A stretch of 64,000 nucleotides of DNA from the human T2T-CHM13v2.0 reference genome, Homo sapiens, in NCBI RefSeq assembly GCF_009914755.1, contig NC_060934.1; one strand, given 5' to 3'. A program made the translations under genes and the position numbers. Shown piece after piece: positions 15,651 to 31,110 of this stretch. Position 1 is the stretch's first letter, and the number at the start of each line of letters is the position of its first letter. The notes under the pieces are model-generated. The model ran no database searches and was not told the DNA's origin. It worked only from the letters and a program-made list of their open reading frames with translations.

Positions 15651-16244
15651 GCACTCAAGGGGTTGACATTTGGAAAGCAGATGTAGGTAATTCAGGACAA
15701 TTTTTCTATAATTCAAGGTGATGAGGGCTACGGCAGCATAGGCACATGCTAACATGGAGTATTAGACCTTCCCATCAGGACTCAGTACCATGGAAGCTGC
15801 AGGTGACCCCATTCCCTGAGACCAAGCCAATGGCTCATGGTGGAGACAAACAGCTAATATGCTTTTGCCTCTGATGGTCACATTCCATTTCTCCATGCCT
15901 ATGCTTTCTACCATTAGCACATATGCTTAAGAGTTTCCTGTGTTTGTTCTCTGGAAAATAAACTGTTGGAAAGAAAGATCAGTTTTCATTAGCAGTGTCA
16001 TTACTTTCAAGAAAATGCTTTCTCAAAAGAGGTAAAGAACACTCAGAAGGTTGGTATCAATGTGACCTCCCCTGAAAGCCTCAGTGAACTGCTGACTCGA
16101 GCTTCAAGGCTATCACCACACATCAGCCACATACCAGGGTCGCGGTGACATGTCAGCAGAAGTAGAAGGAAGCTAGGTAGGACTAGGGCAAGCTGGCGAG
16201 CCCTGTGCTCCAGGGGTGGGTGATTCTCAATTCAGCTGCTGGAA

Positions 16245-16430
16245 GCACAGGTCCGGTGTTGCCAGATCTTCTCATTTTTAAAGAAAAACTCTATGCTTGA
16301 ATTTTTATGTGAAATCTTACAATTTTTTAATATTGTCAACTAACTCAAAGTAAATGACAGAAACTCCCTGGGACCAACCAAAGACTTTTCGAGATGGACC
16401 TGGCCCAGGGGCCCCAGTTGGTGACTTCTG
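16245..16430 (+). mobile_element. MER103-like hAT-Charlie MITE fragment
   Basis: gttgccagatcttct...atttttatgtgaaatct...caactaactcaaa...gccccagttggtgacttctg. Confidence 0.65.
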
Positions 16431-19053
16431 TGACATACATTTGTCCTTACAGATGTGAAACTGCATCTGCTCATAGACCATGACTGTAAATATCATAGGA
16501 AAACTATCTGCTGTACCCTTTGGGTCCTACCAAGCCCAGCATTACATGGGAGGTGGCTTCCCATCCCCAGCCTGTCAATCATCCGCCTCTAGAACTTGGC
16601 CCATCCTCCCCTCCACCAGGCGCTCGTGGGCCACTACCCCTGCTGGGGGCCATTGCATGAAATAACACCTGTAACTGTACAGTGCTATCCACACAACTCA
16701 CTTCAGAAAAATAAACCATAAGACACATTCCCAAGCAAGAAAGTGCATGTGAGAGGTTTTTTTTTTTCCTTTCCATCAAAAGTTAACAGAATTTGTGACA
16801 TTTGGCATTTCTGCTTTGTTGGTGGAGATTTTAGAAAGATTATGTTAAATGAATAAAAAGAGGAATGATAGATTTAGAGGAAAGAAACTACGAAGCCACC
16901 AGGCAATGCTGCAGAATTGATTTTTCTTAAGTGAGGTGAGTGAATAATCGCATAATTCATGGGCTGGGAGAGGTCCTCTGAAGTCCATTCTTCCCTGATG
17001 GTGTAATGCCCCTGCCTTGCCCTATCAATCCTGCCCATTTGTACTGCCAAAAGTGGTGGGGGGACTTTGATTGCCTGATGATTTTCACTACTATTCCCCT
17101 TCCTATTGATTGGCACCAGTAGGGTGACAAATGTTGAAGCCAATTCCTAGGCTAGATTTTCCCATCCTTGGTGTGGACAAAACGATTTTTAAACACCACT
17201 CTTGTTTTCAGAAGAGATAAATGCTGACCTATTATTTAAAAGATGTGGTGCAATGTTAACCTGTGCCTGAAAATAAGCATCTTACAGCTTAGCCAAAGTC
17301 ATGCAGGTCATGCGTAATGCACCCCCGCTTCCCATGCCCTCCTAACACCCTTGTTCGATCTCTGTTTCGTAATCATACCCAGCCCTCCCTCTGATCTCTC
17401 TCATCCTCCGGAGCCAGGTCTCTGACCCCTGGGACCCATGCAAAAGGAGGTGAAATTGAGTGTAGTAAAATCTCCCAGAAACTACAGTTCAGTGTACAAA
17501 ATGTACAAGCCACGACTGGTTTTCCAATATCCTAACCCTTCTTGGTCAATGTGTCCCTGTAGCCTTAATTAATTCCTTGTTCTTCCCCTTTTATAATGTT
17601 AAGGAAGGCATCCTGACCTGCACTGTCTGGCCAAGTGAATGAGACAAATCCTTTAGATTTTTTAGTCACTGATTTAAAAAAAAAAACCTTTAAAAGTATT
17701 CACTTATTCTTACCAACATGTGTTGGCTACTTCAGGCTTACTCTAGCCGTTGCCTACCATCCCAAGATGGTTGCAGAATCTAGAGGTAGCAACCTCTCAT
17801 AATGTTTAAATGGGACTCTCTCCTTTTCTCTTTGGCAAACCCATTTACTGGAATTCCTGAAAGCAAATATGAGAAAGATGTATCCTCACCGTATAGCACT
17901 TTTCTGAGCATATAACTCTTGTTTTCACACCGTCAGCATGGAATGCCCCTCCCCCTCTTCTCTCTCAGTTAATCGGTTCTTAACTTTTAATAACCCAGTT
18001 TAGGTGTTGGAAGTTAGGGTGGTGGTTCTTCTCGGGGAGGGCAGTGACTTATTTCTGACTTATTTCTTATTTCTTCAACTAAATACCACTGATGTTGTTC
18101 TGGATGCTATATATAAAATATATGTAAGAGCTATCTATTCTGTATAAAACTAACATAAGCAGACTCTTAAAGGTGGAGAGGAGAAAGACTAGCTATGGAC
18201 CTCGAGACCCAAAAATGACATGGTGACGAATTCCCTGGATTTTCTTTTGTCTCATGCATCTCAGACTTGAAGCTACAGGAACAAGCAACCTGAAAACATC
18301 AAGGGCCAAAGACAAAAAAAACCCCAGGCAAAGCCTGCTCCCTAGGAAAAACAAAAACCAAGAAAGACACGACAGAGCTAGACAGAAAACTTTCAGACAA
18401 TAACCACTCTGCTCCAGCCAAACCCCACAGAATAAAACTGTACCCTCATGCCCACATGCCAGCAAAGGCCAGCATGCCTCCACACTTGTGAGGCTAGAAA
18501 GAAGCACCCTAACCTAACTGGCAGGGTGGGGTCAGAGAAAGCCAGGCTGAGCGGGAGCCAGAATTCTCACCCCTGCCTGCCCCCAGGTTCAGTGCAGATC
18601 ACTTGGAGAGCCTAGACTTCCACCCCCACCCAGCAGTAAGGAGGTATCTCTTCCCCTCCCCACCAGGATGGTGCCAGAGGAGACCTTGTAGAGATTTTGG
18701 ACTCTTACCACCCACCAGTGATAACAGGACCACCTCCAGGGTAGTTCAGGGGAAGCCACGTGGGAAGCAGTAAGGAGGCACTCCTAAGCCTCCCCCCACC
18801 CAGGGAGATGTCAGTGGAGGCTGAGTGGGGAGCAGAGCTCTCCTCACTGCCCAGCAGCAATGAGGATTTCCCCCCTCTTGGGTGTCAACTGAAGCCTAGT
18901 GAGAAATCTGGACTTTTACCTCCACCTGGCAGTAACAACGTGGCACTCCCAGGCATAGCAGTGTCAGAAAAAGCCAATTAAAATAGAAGATTTAATAAGA
19001 TCCAGAGTTTTATAACATGAGTGTCCAGGTTTTCATTGAAAAATCATTCATCA

Positions 19054-19349
<296 letters not shown>

Positions 19350-19658
19350 GGCCGGGCGTTGTGGCTCACGCCTGTAATCCCAGCACTTTGGGAGGCTGAG
19401 GCGGGCGGATCAGGAGGTCAGGAGATCGAGACCATCCTGGCTAACGCGGTGAAACCCCATCTCTACAAAAAATAAAAAAAATTAGCCGGGCGTGGTGGCG
19501 GGCACCTGTAGTCCCAGCTACTCAGGAGGCTGTGTCAGGAGAATGGTGTGAACCCGGGAGGCGGAGCTTGCAGTGAGCCAAGATCGTGCCACTGCACTCC
19601 AGCCTGGGCGACAGAGCAAGACTGTCAAAAAAATAAAATAAAATAAAGAGAAAGAAAG
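19350..19658 (+). mobile_element. AluY in tandem with the preceding Alu (tail insertion)
   Basis: AluY diagnostics; the pair is bracketed by aaaatcattc(gtt)atca duplicates. Confidence 0.92.
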
Positions 19659-20471
19659 AAAATCATTCGTTCATCACAACAAGAACCAGAAACATCTTTA
19701 ACTGAGTGAAAAAAAAAAAAAAAAGACAATAGATGCCGACACTGAGAGGACAAACACACCGGACTTATCTGAGAGAGAGATTAAAGCAGCTATGATAAAA
19801 ATGCTTCGACAAGCAATTATAAGCTCACTTGAAACAAATGAAATGAAAAAGCCTCAGCAAATAAAATAGAAAATCTCACCAAAGAAATAATGGAAACTGT
19901 AAGAGGGTCAAATGAAAATATTAGAATTTTAAAAACTAATGAAACAAAAAGCTCAGTAAAGAAGCTCAGCAGAAGAATGGAAGGTACTTAGGAAAGAATC
20001 AGTGAGCTAGAAGACAGAACAATTGAAATTGCCCAAACTGAATAACTGAGAGAAAATAGCCTGAAAAAAAATTGAACAGAGCCTCGTTAAGAACCTGTGA
20101 GACTGTAATAAAAGATCTGACTGTATGTCATTGGAGTCCCAGAGGAGAAGAGAAAAGGCTTACACTGAAAAAGTTCTTGAGGAAATAATGGTTAAAACTT
20201 TTGAAATTTGAAAAGAGACCAAAACCTACAAATTTAAAAAGCTTAGTGAACACCAAAGATGATAAACAAACAGAAAAAAAAATCTACACCAAGACACATC
20301 ATAATTAAATGTGATGTGAAAGCCAAAGGCAAACCTATATATAGGCTTAACATAATTCCTATCAAAATCTCAACAAGATTTTTTGTAGATATAGACAAGA
20401 TGCTTTAAAAATTTGTATTGAAATTCAATGTAACTAGAATAACAAAAATAATTTCATAAAAAAGCAAGTGG

Positions 20472-20911
<440 letters not shown>

Positions 20912-20956
20912 AGTGGAAGAAAACATTCTACGGGATTGCAAAATTTATTACACAGC

Positions 20957-21010
20957 TTTTTTTTTTTTTTTTTGAGATGGAGTCTCACTCTGTCGCCCAG
21001 GCTGGAGTGC
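20957..21010 (-). mobile_element. 54-bp Alu 3' fragment
   Basis: T17 followed by gagatggagtctcactctgtcgcccaggctggagtgc; no TSD. Confidence 0.9.
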
Positions 21011-22164
21011 TGTGTGGTGCTGGCAGAGGGACAGACCCAAATATTAATAGAATAGAACAGAAAATCCAGAAATAGATCCACATAAATAGGACCAAGTGAT
21101 TTTTGACAAAGGTGCAAAAGCAATTCAATGGAGGAAAGCTAGCCTTTTCAGCAAGTGGAAACAACTAGACACTCAAAGGCCAAAAAATAATCCTTGACCT
21201 AAATCTCACATCTTATATAAAAATAACTCAAACAGGATGATAAACTTGAATGTAAAACTATAAATATTTTATAGAAGAACGATTAAAGGAAATCTTTGGA
21301 ATCTAAGGCTAGGCAAAGAATTCTTAGACATAACACAAAAAGAATGATCCACAAAAGGAAAAATTGACAAATTGTACTTAATCAAAGTGTAAAACTTTTC
21401 CTCTATGAAAGACCTTGTTCAGAAGATGAAAAGACAAGTCACAGAGTGAGAGAAAATATTTGCAAGCCACATAGCTGACAAAGGACTAATATCTAGAATA
21501 TTTAAAGAGTTCTCAAAACTCAACAGTAAGAAAAACAAACAGCCCAATTAGAAAATGGACAAAAGACATAAAGATACATTTCACTGAAGAGGAAACACAG
21601 ATGGCAAATAAGCATATGAAAAGATGTCCAGCCTCATTAGCCATTAGGGAAATGCAAATTAATACCACAATGAGATACCACCACATACCTATCAGCATGG
21701 CTAGGATTAAAAAATAGTGACAACACCAAATTCTGGCAAGGACACAGAAAAACAGGATTACTCTTACACTGCTGGTGAGAATTTAAAATGGTACAGCTGC
21801 TCTGGAAAATAATTTGGCAATTCCTTAAAAAACTAAATATGTAACTATTCTATGAGTCAACAGTTTCACTCATGGACACTTCTCCCAGAGAAATGAAGAG
21901 TTGTGTTTACACAAAAACCTGCATCTGAATGTTTATAACATCTTTATTCATAACAGCAAAAAAAAAAAAAAAAAATTTAAGAACAACCCAGATGTCCTTC
22001 AGTGGATGAATGGCTAAACAAACTGGTGCATCCATATCATGGGACGCTCAACAAAAATAGACTAGTTATACATGCAACAACCTGAATGAACCTCCAAAGA
22101 ATAACACCAAGTGCAAAAAGACAATCCCAGAAGGATACATGCTACATGCTATACAATTCTGTAA

Positions 22165-22470
<306 letters not shown>

Positions 22471-22713
22471 CCTATACAGCATTCTTGACGTGACAAAATT
22501 ATAGAAAAGGAGGATAGAAAAGTGGTTGCCAGAGGTTAGGAAGAGGGAGGTGCAGAAGGGAAGTGAGTGTGACTATAGAAGATCAACAGGAGGGAACCTT
22601 GTAATCACGGAAATGCTCTGTCTTGAGTATACCAATGGCAGTATCCTTTATGATACTGTAGTGTAGTTTTTAAGATGTTGCCATTAGGAGGAAATAGAAC
22701 AAAGGGTATATGA

Positions 22714-23024
<311 letters not shown>

Positions 23025-23299
23025 TCTTTCTGTATTATTTCTTTAAACTGCACATGAACCTATAATTGTCACCATATTTAAAACCTTCAACTAAAAACAA
23101 TTACAATGCCACTGCCTTTCTCTAAACTAGGATTAATGTGCCTCTCTTCTGTGTTTTCTCCCTCTGAGGATAACAGGGTGAGGACAGAAGGGAGAGGGAA
23201 GAGAAAATAATAAATAAAATGGTGGACTTAAGCCCTAACATCTCAATCATTACATTAAATGTAAATGTTCTAAATACACAAATACTCCAAGGCAGAGCC

Positions 23300-23505
23300 A
23301 GCCTTAGAGCTGGTAGTCCTGGATTTAAGTCCTTGGCTTTCACATCCAAGCTGTAAAACCTTGAAGAGGACATTCATCCCCTCCAAGCCTCAGTTCTCTA
23401 GGCAAGGGATAATTCAATCTACTTTGAAGGATTGTCTTGAGATTAGAGAGAACATTTGCTATAATGCACTGGCAAATAATAAATGCTTAGTAGCTGGTAA
23501 CTGTT
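23300..23505 (+). mobile_element. MIR
   Basis: tcctggatttaagtccttggct...ccaagcctcagttctct...aggattgtcttgagattag. Confidence 0.65.
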
Positions 23506-23579
23506 TCTACCACTACCAACACCTCTGTGTGGACTTGGTCCACTCTGCCTGGTGCAATAATAGATGGAAATATGAGCTC

Positions 23580-23710
23580 CTCCCCCACTAGACTGGAAAG
23601 TCCTTGTGCAATGTACTGGGTCCTATTAATTTGCTTTTCCCCAAGTACACTTCATAGTCTTTCATGCAGTAGATATCTCAGAAACACATGTTGGATTGAA
23701 TTCCTGAATG
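23580..23710 (+). mobile_element. L2 3' end
   Basis: cccccactagactggaaagtcctt...gtagatatctcagaaacacatgttggattgaat. Confidence 0.6.
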
Positions 23711-24387
23711 GTTAAACATTATATGGGGAGGGAGTGAGTGTGGGAAAAAAAAATTTGAGGCAGAAAAACTGAAGATTAATAAAAAGAATGAAAACAACTC
23801 TGTCAAATGCAACCTACTGAATCTCAGCAGATCCAAGGAGCATAAGATTCCTATGCCAGGTGCAATTACTCCATACTTATGTTTCAGACCACAGGCTGCA
23901 TCTGAGGACATTTTATATATTGCCTCAAAGAAAAAGGCACAGAAGAGAAACCAGTGGTTTACAGCATTAAATCAAAAATCGCTTTCCTTATTGATAAGGG
24001 CCTTGCACGCTTGCTGAACATTATCTCAAAAAGGCCTGCAGAATAGCAAAGTAGCAGCTATGTGTCCGCTTGTTGGTAAAACCACAAAAAGCATAGCCTA
24101 CAACTGAATTCATTTGCTAGAACAAGATAGGACCCACTGCCTTTCCAGGGCATTTCAAGTTACTCCTCCCATTTTCCAGTTTTTGGAGATAGAGCAGGAA
24201 TTACTGTAAAATGGTTAAGAAACTGGGATACTGTCTAAGGTTAGTACCTAGAAGAACTAGGTTGTCAAAATGCCAGTGGGGGTGGAGAAACTTGGGGTAA
24301 GAAGTGATTGGTAAAGTTCAGTTAATCTTTTATTGATAGAGCTTTAGGGTCATCAGTGTAAAAAAGCCTCTATAAAAGATTCTTCTT

Positions 24388-24497
24388 TGAATGTTAGTTC
24401 CTTGAGGCAGGGTCCTCATATGTTTAGTTCATTGCCATTTTTCCCATACAGGGAACCATGTAGTATACACTCAATAAATATCTGTTGAAGGAATGAA
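24388..24497 (+). mobile_element. L2 3' end
   Basis: gttccttgaggcagggtcc...cactcaataaatatctgttgaaggaatgaa. Confidence 0.75.
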
Positions 24498-24541
24498 CAG
24501 AACAGCTTGCCTTTGTTATCTTTAAGTGCTTCAGGGTACTG

Positions 24542-24580
24542 ATTGTAGCACTAATTGTAGCACTAAACTGTAGCACAAAT
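24542..24580. repeat. Three tandem copies of a 12-mer (a-t/c-tgtagcac-t/a-a)
   Basis: attgtagcacta attgtagcacta aactgtagcacaaa read directly. Confidence 0.8.
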
Positions 24581-24974
24581 TTGCATTTGTCTTAGTTAAA
24601 TCCAGTCGCAGAACAGAAGTCCCCACACTGGTCGAGAACCTCCCTCCACAACACCTGAGGAAACACAGCTGCAATGCAAATGGGCATTCAAGAGAGTCCT
24701 CCTGCCAAACAGAGAAGAACTGGACAGGTTGTCCATCATCCAGGCGTTCTCGCTGCAAAGACCAGACTGAGCCCTGCCAGGAGACGCTGTCTTATAAAGG
24801 ATACTCACCCAAGATGCTATGCCATCCCCACCACCTGCAGCCCGATCGTGTGGCTCAGTGGGCATTCCCTTTCCGCTTTGCCACGTGATTTACCCAGGAG
24901 AAAGGAAATGCTGCAGCAGTACCTGCCGCGCATATGCGCAAAGGCAGAGGACGAAGTAGCAAGATCTTGAGCTC

Positions 24975-25112
24975 TTGCTGCATGGCGGGATAAATTACAT
25001 CATCTCTCTGAGCCTCAGTTTTCTCATATGTATATTAGGAATAAAACCAATATCTATATCTTAGGGTTATGAGAATTAATGAATGGAAAACATGGAAAAC
25101 ACTCAGAATGCC
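24975..25112 (+). mobile_element. MIR (tail probably continues at about 26775-26835, after the L1ME)
   Basis: catctctctgagcctcagttttctcatatgta...tagggttatgagaattaa. Confidence 0.75.
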
Positions 25113-25124
25113 ACTGCAATACAC

Positions 25125-26770
25125 TTGGAGGAAGAAAATATTTCCAACAAATCGTTTTGGGTCTATTAGACATCGGTTGGGGGAAAAAAATGAACCTCAA
25201 CCCTGCTTCCCATCATAAACACAAATCACTTCCACATAAATAATAGACCTAACTAAGAAAGGTCAAACCAAAATGCTTCTAAAAGAAAACATAGAAGAAT
25301 ATCTTCATGATCTTGGCACAAAGATTTCTTTAAAAGGATACAGAAAAGCTCTGATTTTAAGAGAAAAAAGGATAAATAATACTTAAGAAAAATCAAGAAC
25401 TTATATTCATCAAAAGATACCATAAGATAATGAAAAATCAAGCCATAAATGGAGAAAGGATATTTACAATACGTATATCTTATGTTCTATTACGAACTCC
25501 TACAAATCAATAAGAAAAAGATAGAAAACACAATTTTAAAACTAGGCACAGGACTTAAAAAGGCACTTCATAAGAGAGTATATCTAGTGACAAATAAGGA
25601 CATGAATAGGTGCTCAACACCTATTAATCATCAAAATACAATCTTGTACCACATAATGACATTTCAGTTAATGACAGACCACATATATGATGATGGTCTC
25701 ATAAGATCATAATGATGCTGAAAAATTCCTATTACCTAGTGATGTCATAGACATCATAACATCATAGCACAATGCATTACCTTTCCTATGTATAGATATG
25801 TTTAGATACACAAATTCTTAGCCGGGTGTTACAACTGCCTGTAGTATTCAATACAGTCATGCTGTACAGGTTTGTAACCTAGGGGTAATAGGCTGTATCA
25901 TCTAGCCAAGGTGTGTTGTAGGCTATACCATCTAGGTTTCTGTACATATACTCTATGATAGTTCCGCAGTGATGAAAACACCTAACGACACGTTTCTCAG
26001 AACCTATCTCCATTGTTAAGTGATGTATGACTGTAAGACAGAAGAAATGCTCAAATTAAAATGTTTGACAATATCAAGTTTTAGAAAGGATGTAGAAAAA
26101 CCGCAACGCCCATACATTGCTAGTGTGAAGCTAAGGCGATACAGCCACTTTGGAAAACTGCTGAATCTTCTTCCCAAAGATAAAAAACCCTATACCTACC
26201 CTCTGATGTAGCCATTCTACTTCTAGATATATATGCAAGAGAAATGGATTAACATGTCCACCGAAGACAGACACACACGCACACACACACAAGAATATTT
26301 GTGGCAGCTTTGTTCATAACAGCCACACATGGAAATAACCCAAATGTCCACCAACGGTGGAACAGATAGTGACATATTAACACAATGGAATATTATGCAG
26401 CTATGATAAATAATAGTTGGCATAGAAACACACTAGAACATGGGTGAATCTGAGACATAATGTCAAGCAAAAGAAGCCAGACCCCAGAGCATATATTACA
26501 TGACCATTTCCATCAAGTTCAAGGGGCAAAAGTAATCGATTGCAGTAGAAGTAGGAATAGTGCTTATCTTGGTGAGGCAGCTGGAGATAGTAGTTATGGA
26601 TGAGGAAAGCCTTCGGAATTCAGAAGGTAGGAGCCTTCTGAATTACTGGACATACTCTATTTTGATTTGGGTGGTAATTATAGAAGTATACACATTTGTA
26701 AAATGCATCAAGCTATAAGCCACATTTGTGTAGTTTGCTGCACGTATGTGCTATCTCATTAAACATAATG
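25125..26770 (+). mobile_element. L1ME 3' ORF2/3'UTR
   Basis: L1 3' landmarks (agaatatcttcatgatcttgg; ttgttcataacagcc...ggaaataacccaaatgtcca; aaaagaagccagac). Confidence 0.75.
25639..26033 (+). mobile_element. Tigger3-derived MITE (Tigger3a/c, MER7-like)
   Basis: TA TSDs (25637-38, 26034-35); degenerate TIRs caatcttgtaccacataatgac / gttaagtgatgtatgactg; gctgaaaaattcctattacctagtgatgtc. Confidence 0.88.
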
Positions 26771-27605
26771 AAAATCCACTAAGCACGGTGCAAAGTGCAT
26801 AGCAATCACTCAAAAAATTAGCACTCTACTATTTTTGTTAATTTTACTCTCACAGTGATAGAGTCCTCTTCAACTCCATTCCCTGCTACCAACTTTCTCT
26901 GGAAACACTGCAGAGGCAGTACAATATTTTTAAAGCTAAAAACGACTTCTGATTTTTTCTTCTGTCTCAGAAAATGTGTATGAAAGTCAAAGACGCTTTT
27001 ATTCCAAAAGACTCCTCCTGCTGATTATACTTGGGCAAGATAGCAAAATGTATAGTACAATCAAGCCAGCATCAAAACAGAGAAGGAAAGAAATGCAGAC
27101 AGGACAGCTGATTATCAGATGCTTCGAACAACCTGGGCATTGAAGAAGCACTTGCTCCTTGCTTTAATCTCACGACACTCGCCTTCCTCAGGAGTCTTTT
27201 AAAATCCTGGAAAATGTCTCCCAGATTTCCCTTTTATTCAGGGAAGACAATCTGATTGCGGTCCACACAAAAGGAGTAACTTCTCAGAGATGTGGCGTCT
27301 GCACATTATCAGTAGGACTCCACCTTACAATCAGCAAGTTCAATAAGGAAGGTGGGGTGGTGACATGGTTGGGCCCACCTGACTCATCAGCGTTTCATTC
27401 CTTACTAATTCACAACCTGACTTTGGGTTAACCTGGAATGTTTATGGGATAAATGGATTGGGCTTTGGTAGCAGAGGGGTGAGGAGTAGGAAATGAAACA
27501 AAAAAATAGAGCAGTATCCAAGTACTAGATCCTGGATACAAAAGAAACTGGAAGAGGTTGATATATTAATTTATATGTCTCATCATACACTGTTTAAGCT
27601 AATCA

Positions 27606-27952
<347 letters not shown>

Positions 27953-29168
27953 AAGCTAATCAAATCCTCCAAATTTACACTTGGGTCAATGCGAGTGGAG
28001 TCAGCATCAGATAGAAATGCTGACAGAAGTTGGCAGATGGAAGTCCCTCTCTCCACATGAATGGTTAAGTTACTTATTCATAGAAATAGAGAGAAATGAC
28101 TATACTCCACAAAGATATCACTCTGTCGATGCCAGAATCCATTTCACACTTTAACCTGCCATAAATCTCCTAAAATAAAATGATACAATTTTGGTGAACA
28201 CCTGTGAATTTGTGAAGTGAGTTGACCTCACGTTAACCAAAATTGGTGAAAAATGTCTGGCCTAGCCTGCATCAGATGATAAACGAGTCTCCACTTTCTG
28301 ATAGTATCAAAACCAGCTGGTGGTCTGGCATGTGGTCAAGTTACACCAATGTGGGAACCAAAATGGCCGGGGTTGAGTGCTGTGTCCTGTAACTATAATT
28401 TCAGGCCCTCTATCAAGACAAAGAAATGGTATCTAAATTGGGATATGCACAATTGCAAAACGTCAACAGCGAGTACTACAGAGGGACAAGGATGCAAGAA
28501 GCGAGATGGGAGGAGAGCTGAGTGGGGACTCTGCAAAGGGCGCTCCCTTCTCCCTCCACGTTTAAATAGAACACGGGCAGTTTCTCCCTATGCTTATCAA
28601 ACCCAGATATTTTCAGATGCTGTTCTAGCTGCAAACTCATGAAATGATCCTTGAAATTATATTACCAACAGAAATTTTCCTTCATTGCTTATTTTGATAT
28701 AATTTCAATAAATGTACGGTATATAAAATTATTTCTTCATTTCCTCCTGATTCTGAAAATGAAATTCAATTTATGAACCAGCCTGTGGAACTCCAGCAGA
28801 GTTCAATACACCGGCAGTGTATTGTTGGCTGTGGGACCAGGTCCCCACGGGAGAACAAATCACCCTTTAAGGGACAAGGTAATCGTCAAGTTCATTTCTA
28901 GTGGGTTAAATCGTGACCTTGGATTCTTAATCCATAGCAGCCACCCAGACACCCTATTTCTCTGATCTGTTTTGTGGTCTCTGAAAAGGGGCAGGAGAGA
29001 GTTCCTGTAGACATCATGAAGTTCAAACACTGTGAACACAGGTTTGTACTCCAAGCTGTGACCTGTGGGGAAGGCAGAAACCTGGAGCCTGAGAGGCAGG
29101 CAGTGCTGTGGGCCCCAGCGTTTCTTCCTGAAGGCTCTGGATAAGAGGGGAGAAGAAAGTTGTTTCTA

Positions 29169-29266
29169 TTAGGTTGGTGCAAAAGTAATCGTGGTTTTTG
29201 CAATTAATCAATTTAAAAAAAAAAAAAAAAAAGGCAAAAACCGCAATTACTTTTGCACCAACCTAA
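29169..29266. mobile_element. MADE1 (Hsmar1 MITE) with an expanded A-run in the loop
   Basis: TA TSD; TIRs ttaggttggtgcaaaagtaatcgtggtttttgc / gcaaaaaccgcaattacttttgcaccaacctaa. Confidence 0.96.
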
Positions 29267-29319
29267 TAGGAACTATGTTAGAATGATGGTCTCAGGTGAT
29301 AAGTCTCTGATGACTTTTT

Positions 29320-29990
<671 letters not shown>

Positions 29991-30339
29991 TCACTTCTTT
30001 CTGCTCCTTTTTGTTTTTCACTTTCCAAATTGCCTCCATGGGGCTGGTGTTACTTTGACCATCGAGATGAGTTGGGCAAGGGAGAAACATCCTCCACATG
30101 CCTCCTCCCGACTCCTCCTAAGTTTTTGCTCTTGGGGGGTGACGGTGTTGAGTCAGGAACCTGGAAGCATTCGCCAGTCCACTCCTCTCCCAGCCAATGA
30201 TGCAGTCCTGCTGGCAGCCCTCCTAACGCCCCTCAGACTCTGCAATATCCTCTTCACTCTCCAGGCCTCACAGCAGGAGCCCACCTTTCTTGCCTATATT
30301 GTGGTGCTGTATTTGCCCAGCTTTCTCTTTGTCTTGCCT

Positions 30340-31110
30340 CAGTCCAAGTTCACCTTCATTCATCCCAACTGCTAATATCCCAGGCCAGGCTACCATCATC
30401 TCATACTTGTATTACTTTGCCAGTTTCATTACTGGTGAAACTAGACCAGCCTCCAGCCTCATTGTCAGAAGATTTTCTTAAAACAGAAACTTGTACCTGA
30501 TCAAATCCCCTCCCCTCCACTTTAAAAATCCTTCAGTGACTTCTCATTGTCTTCAGGATGAAATCCAAACCCCGAAGCATGACATACAAGACTCTCCTTG
30601 TGATCTGATCCCACCTGGCCAGCCTCATCTCCTAAGACCACAGCCATCTCCTAAGACCGCAGCACTAACGAGCTGTTGAAATTCTGCAGGCGGGCTGTGC
30701 ACCCCCTCACCTTGCAATGGTTTCCTCTGAGTATGCTTGTTCTGCCTTTCCCCGCCTGGGCAATGTTAGCCACGGGTCCTTCAAGACACAGCTCAGCTGA
30801 GCTGAGAAGCCTCAGGAGGCCTTTCTTGAGCCTCCACCCATCTGAGTGGGGCTCCCTGCTCTGTGGCCCTCAGCATCCGTTCCATTTGTGGCTCCCATGT
30901 CAAACTCACACTGTTGGAACACTTCTATGTTACTGCCATGGATGAAGAATCCAAGGTCATGATTTAACCCACTAGTAATGTGTCTCTCTTCTTCCCCAAC
31001 CAGAGTTGGGCTCCCAGAGAGCAAGGGCTGTGCCTTGTACTCTGGATCCCCAGGGCCCAGCTCAGTGCCCACTCTTGGCAGTGCTGGGTAAATGCTGGAT
31101 GGACTGAATC
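30340..31110 (+). mobile_element. L2 3' region
   Basis: ccaggctaccatcatctc...ttaaaaatccttcagtgacttctcattgtcttcaggatgaaatccaaa...taaatgctggatggactgaat. Confidence 0.75.

Noticed and set aside
28790-28860. miR-449/miR-34 gene paralog
   Set aside because: No pre-miRNA-length stem with the mature sequence on one arm; kept only as a possible target site.
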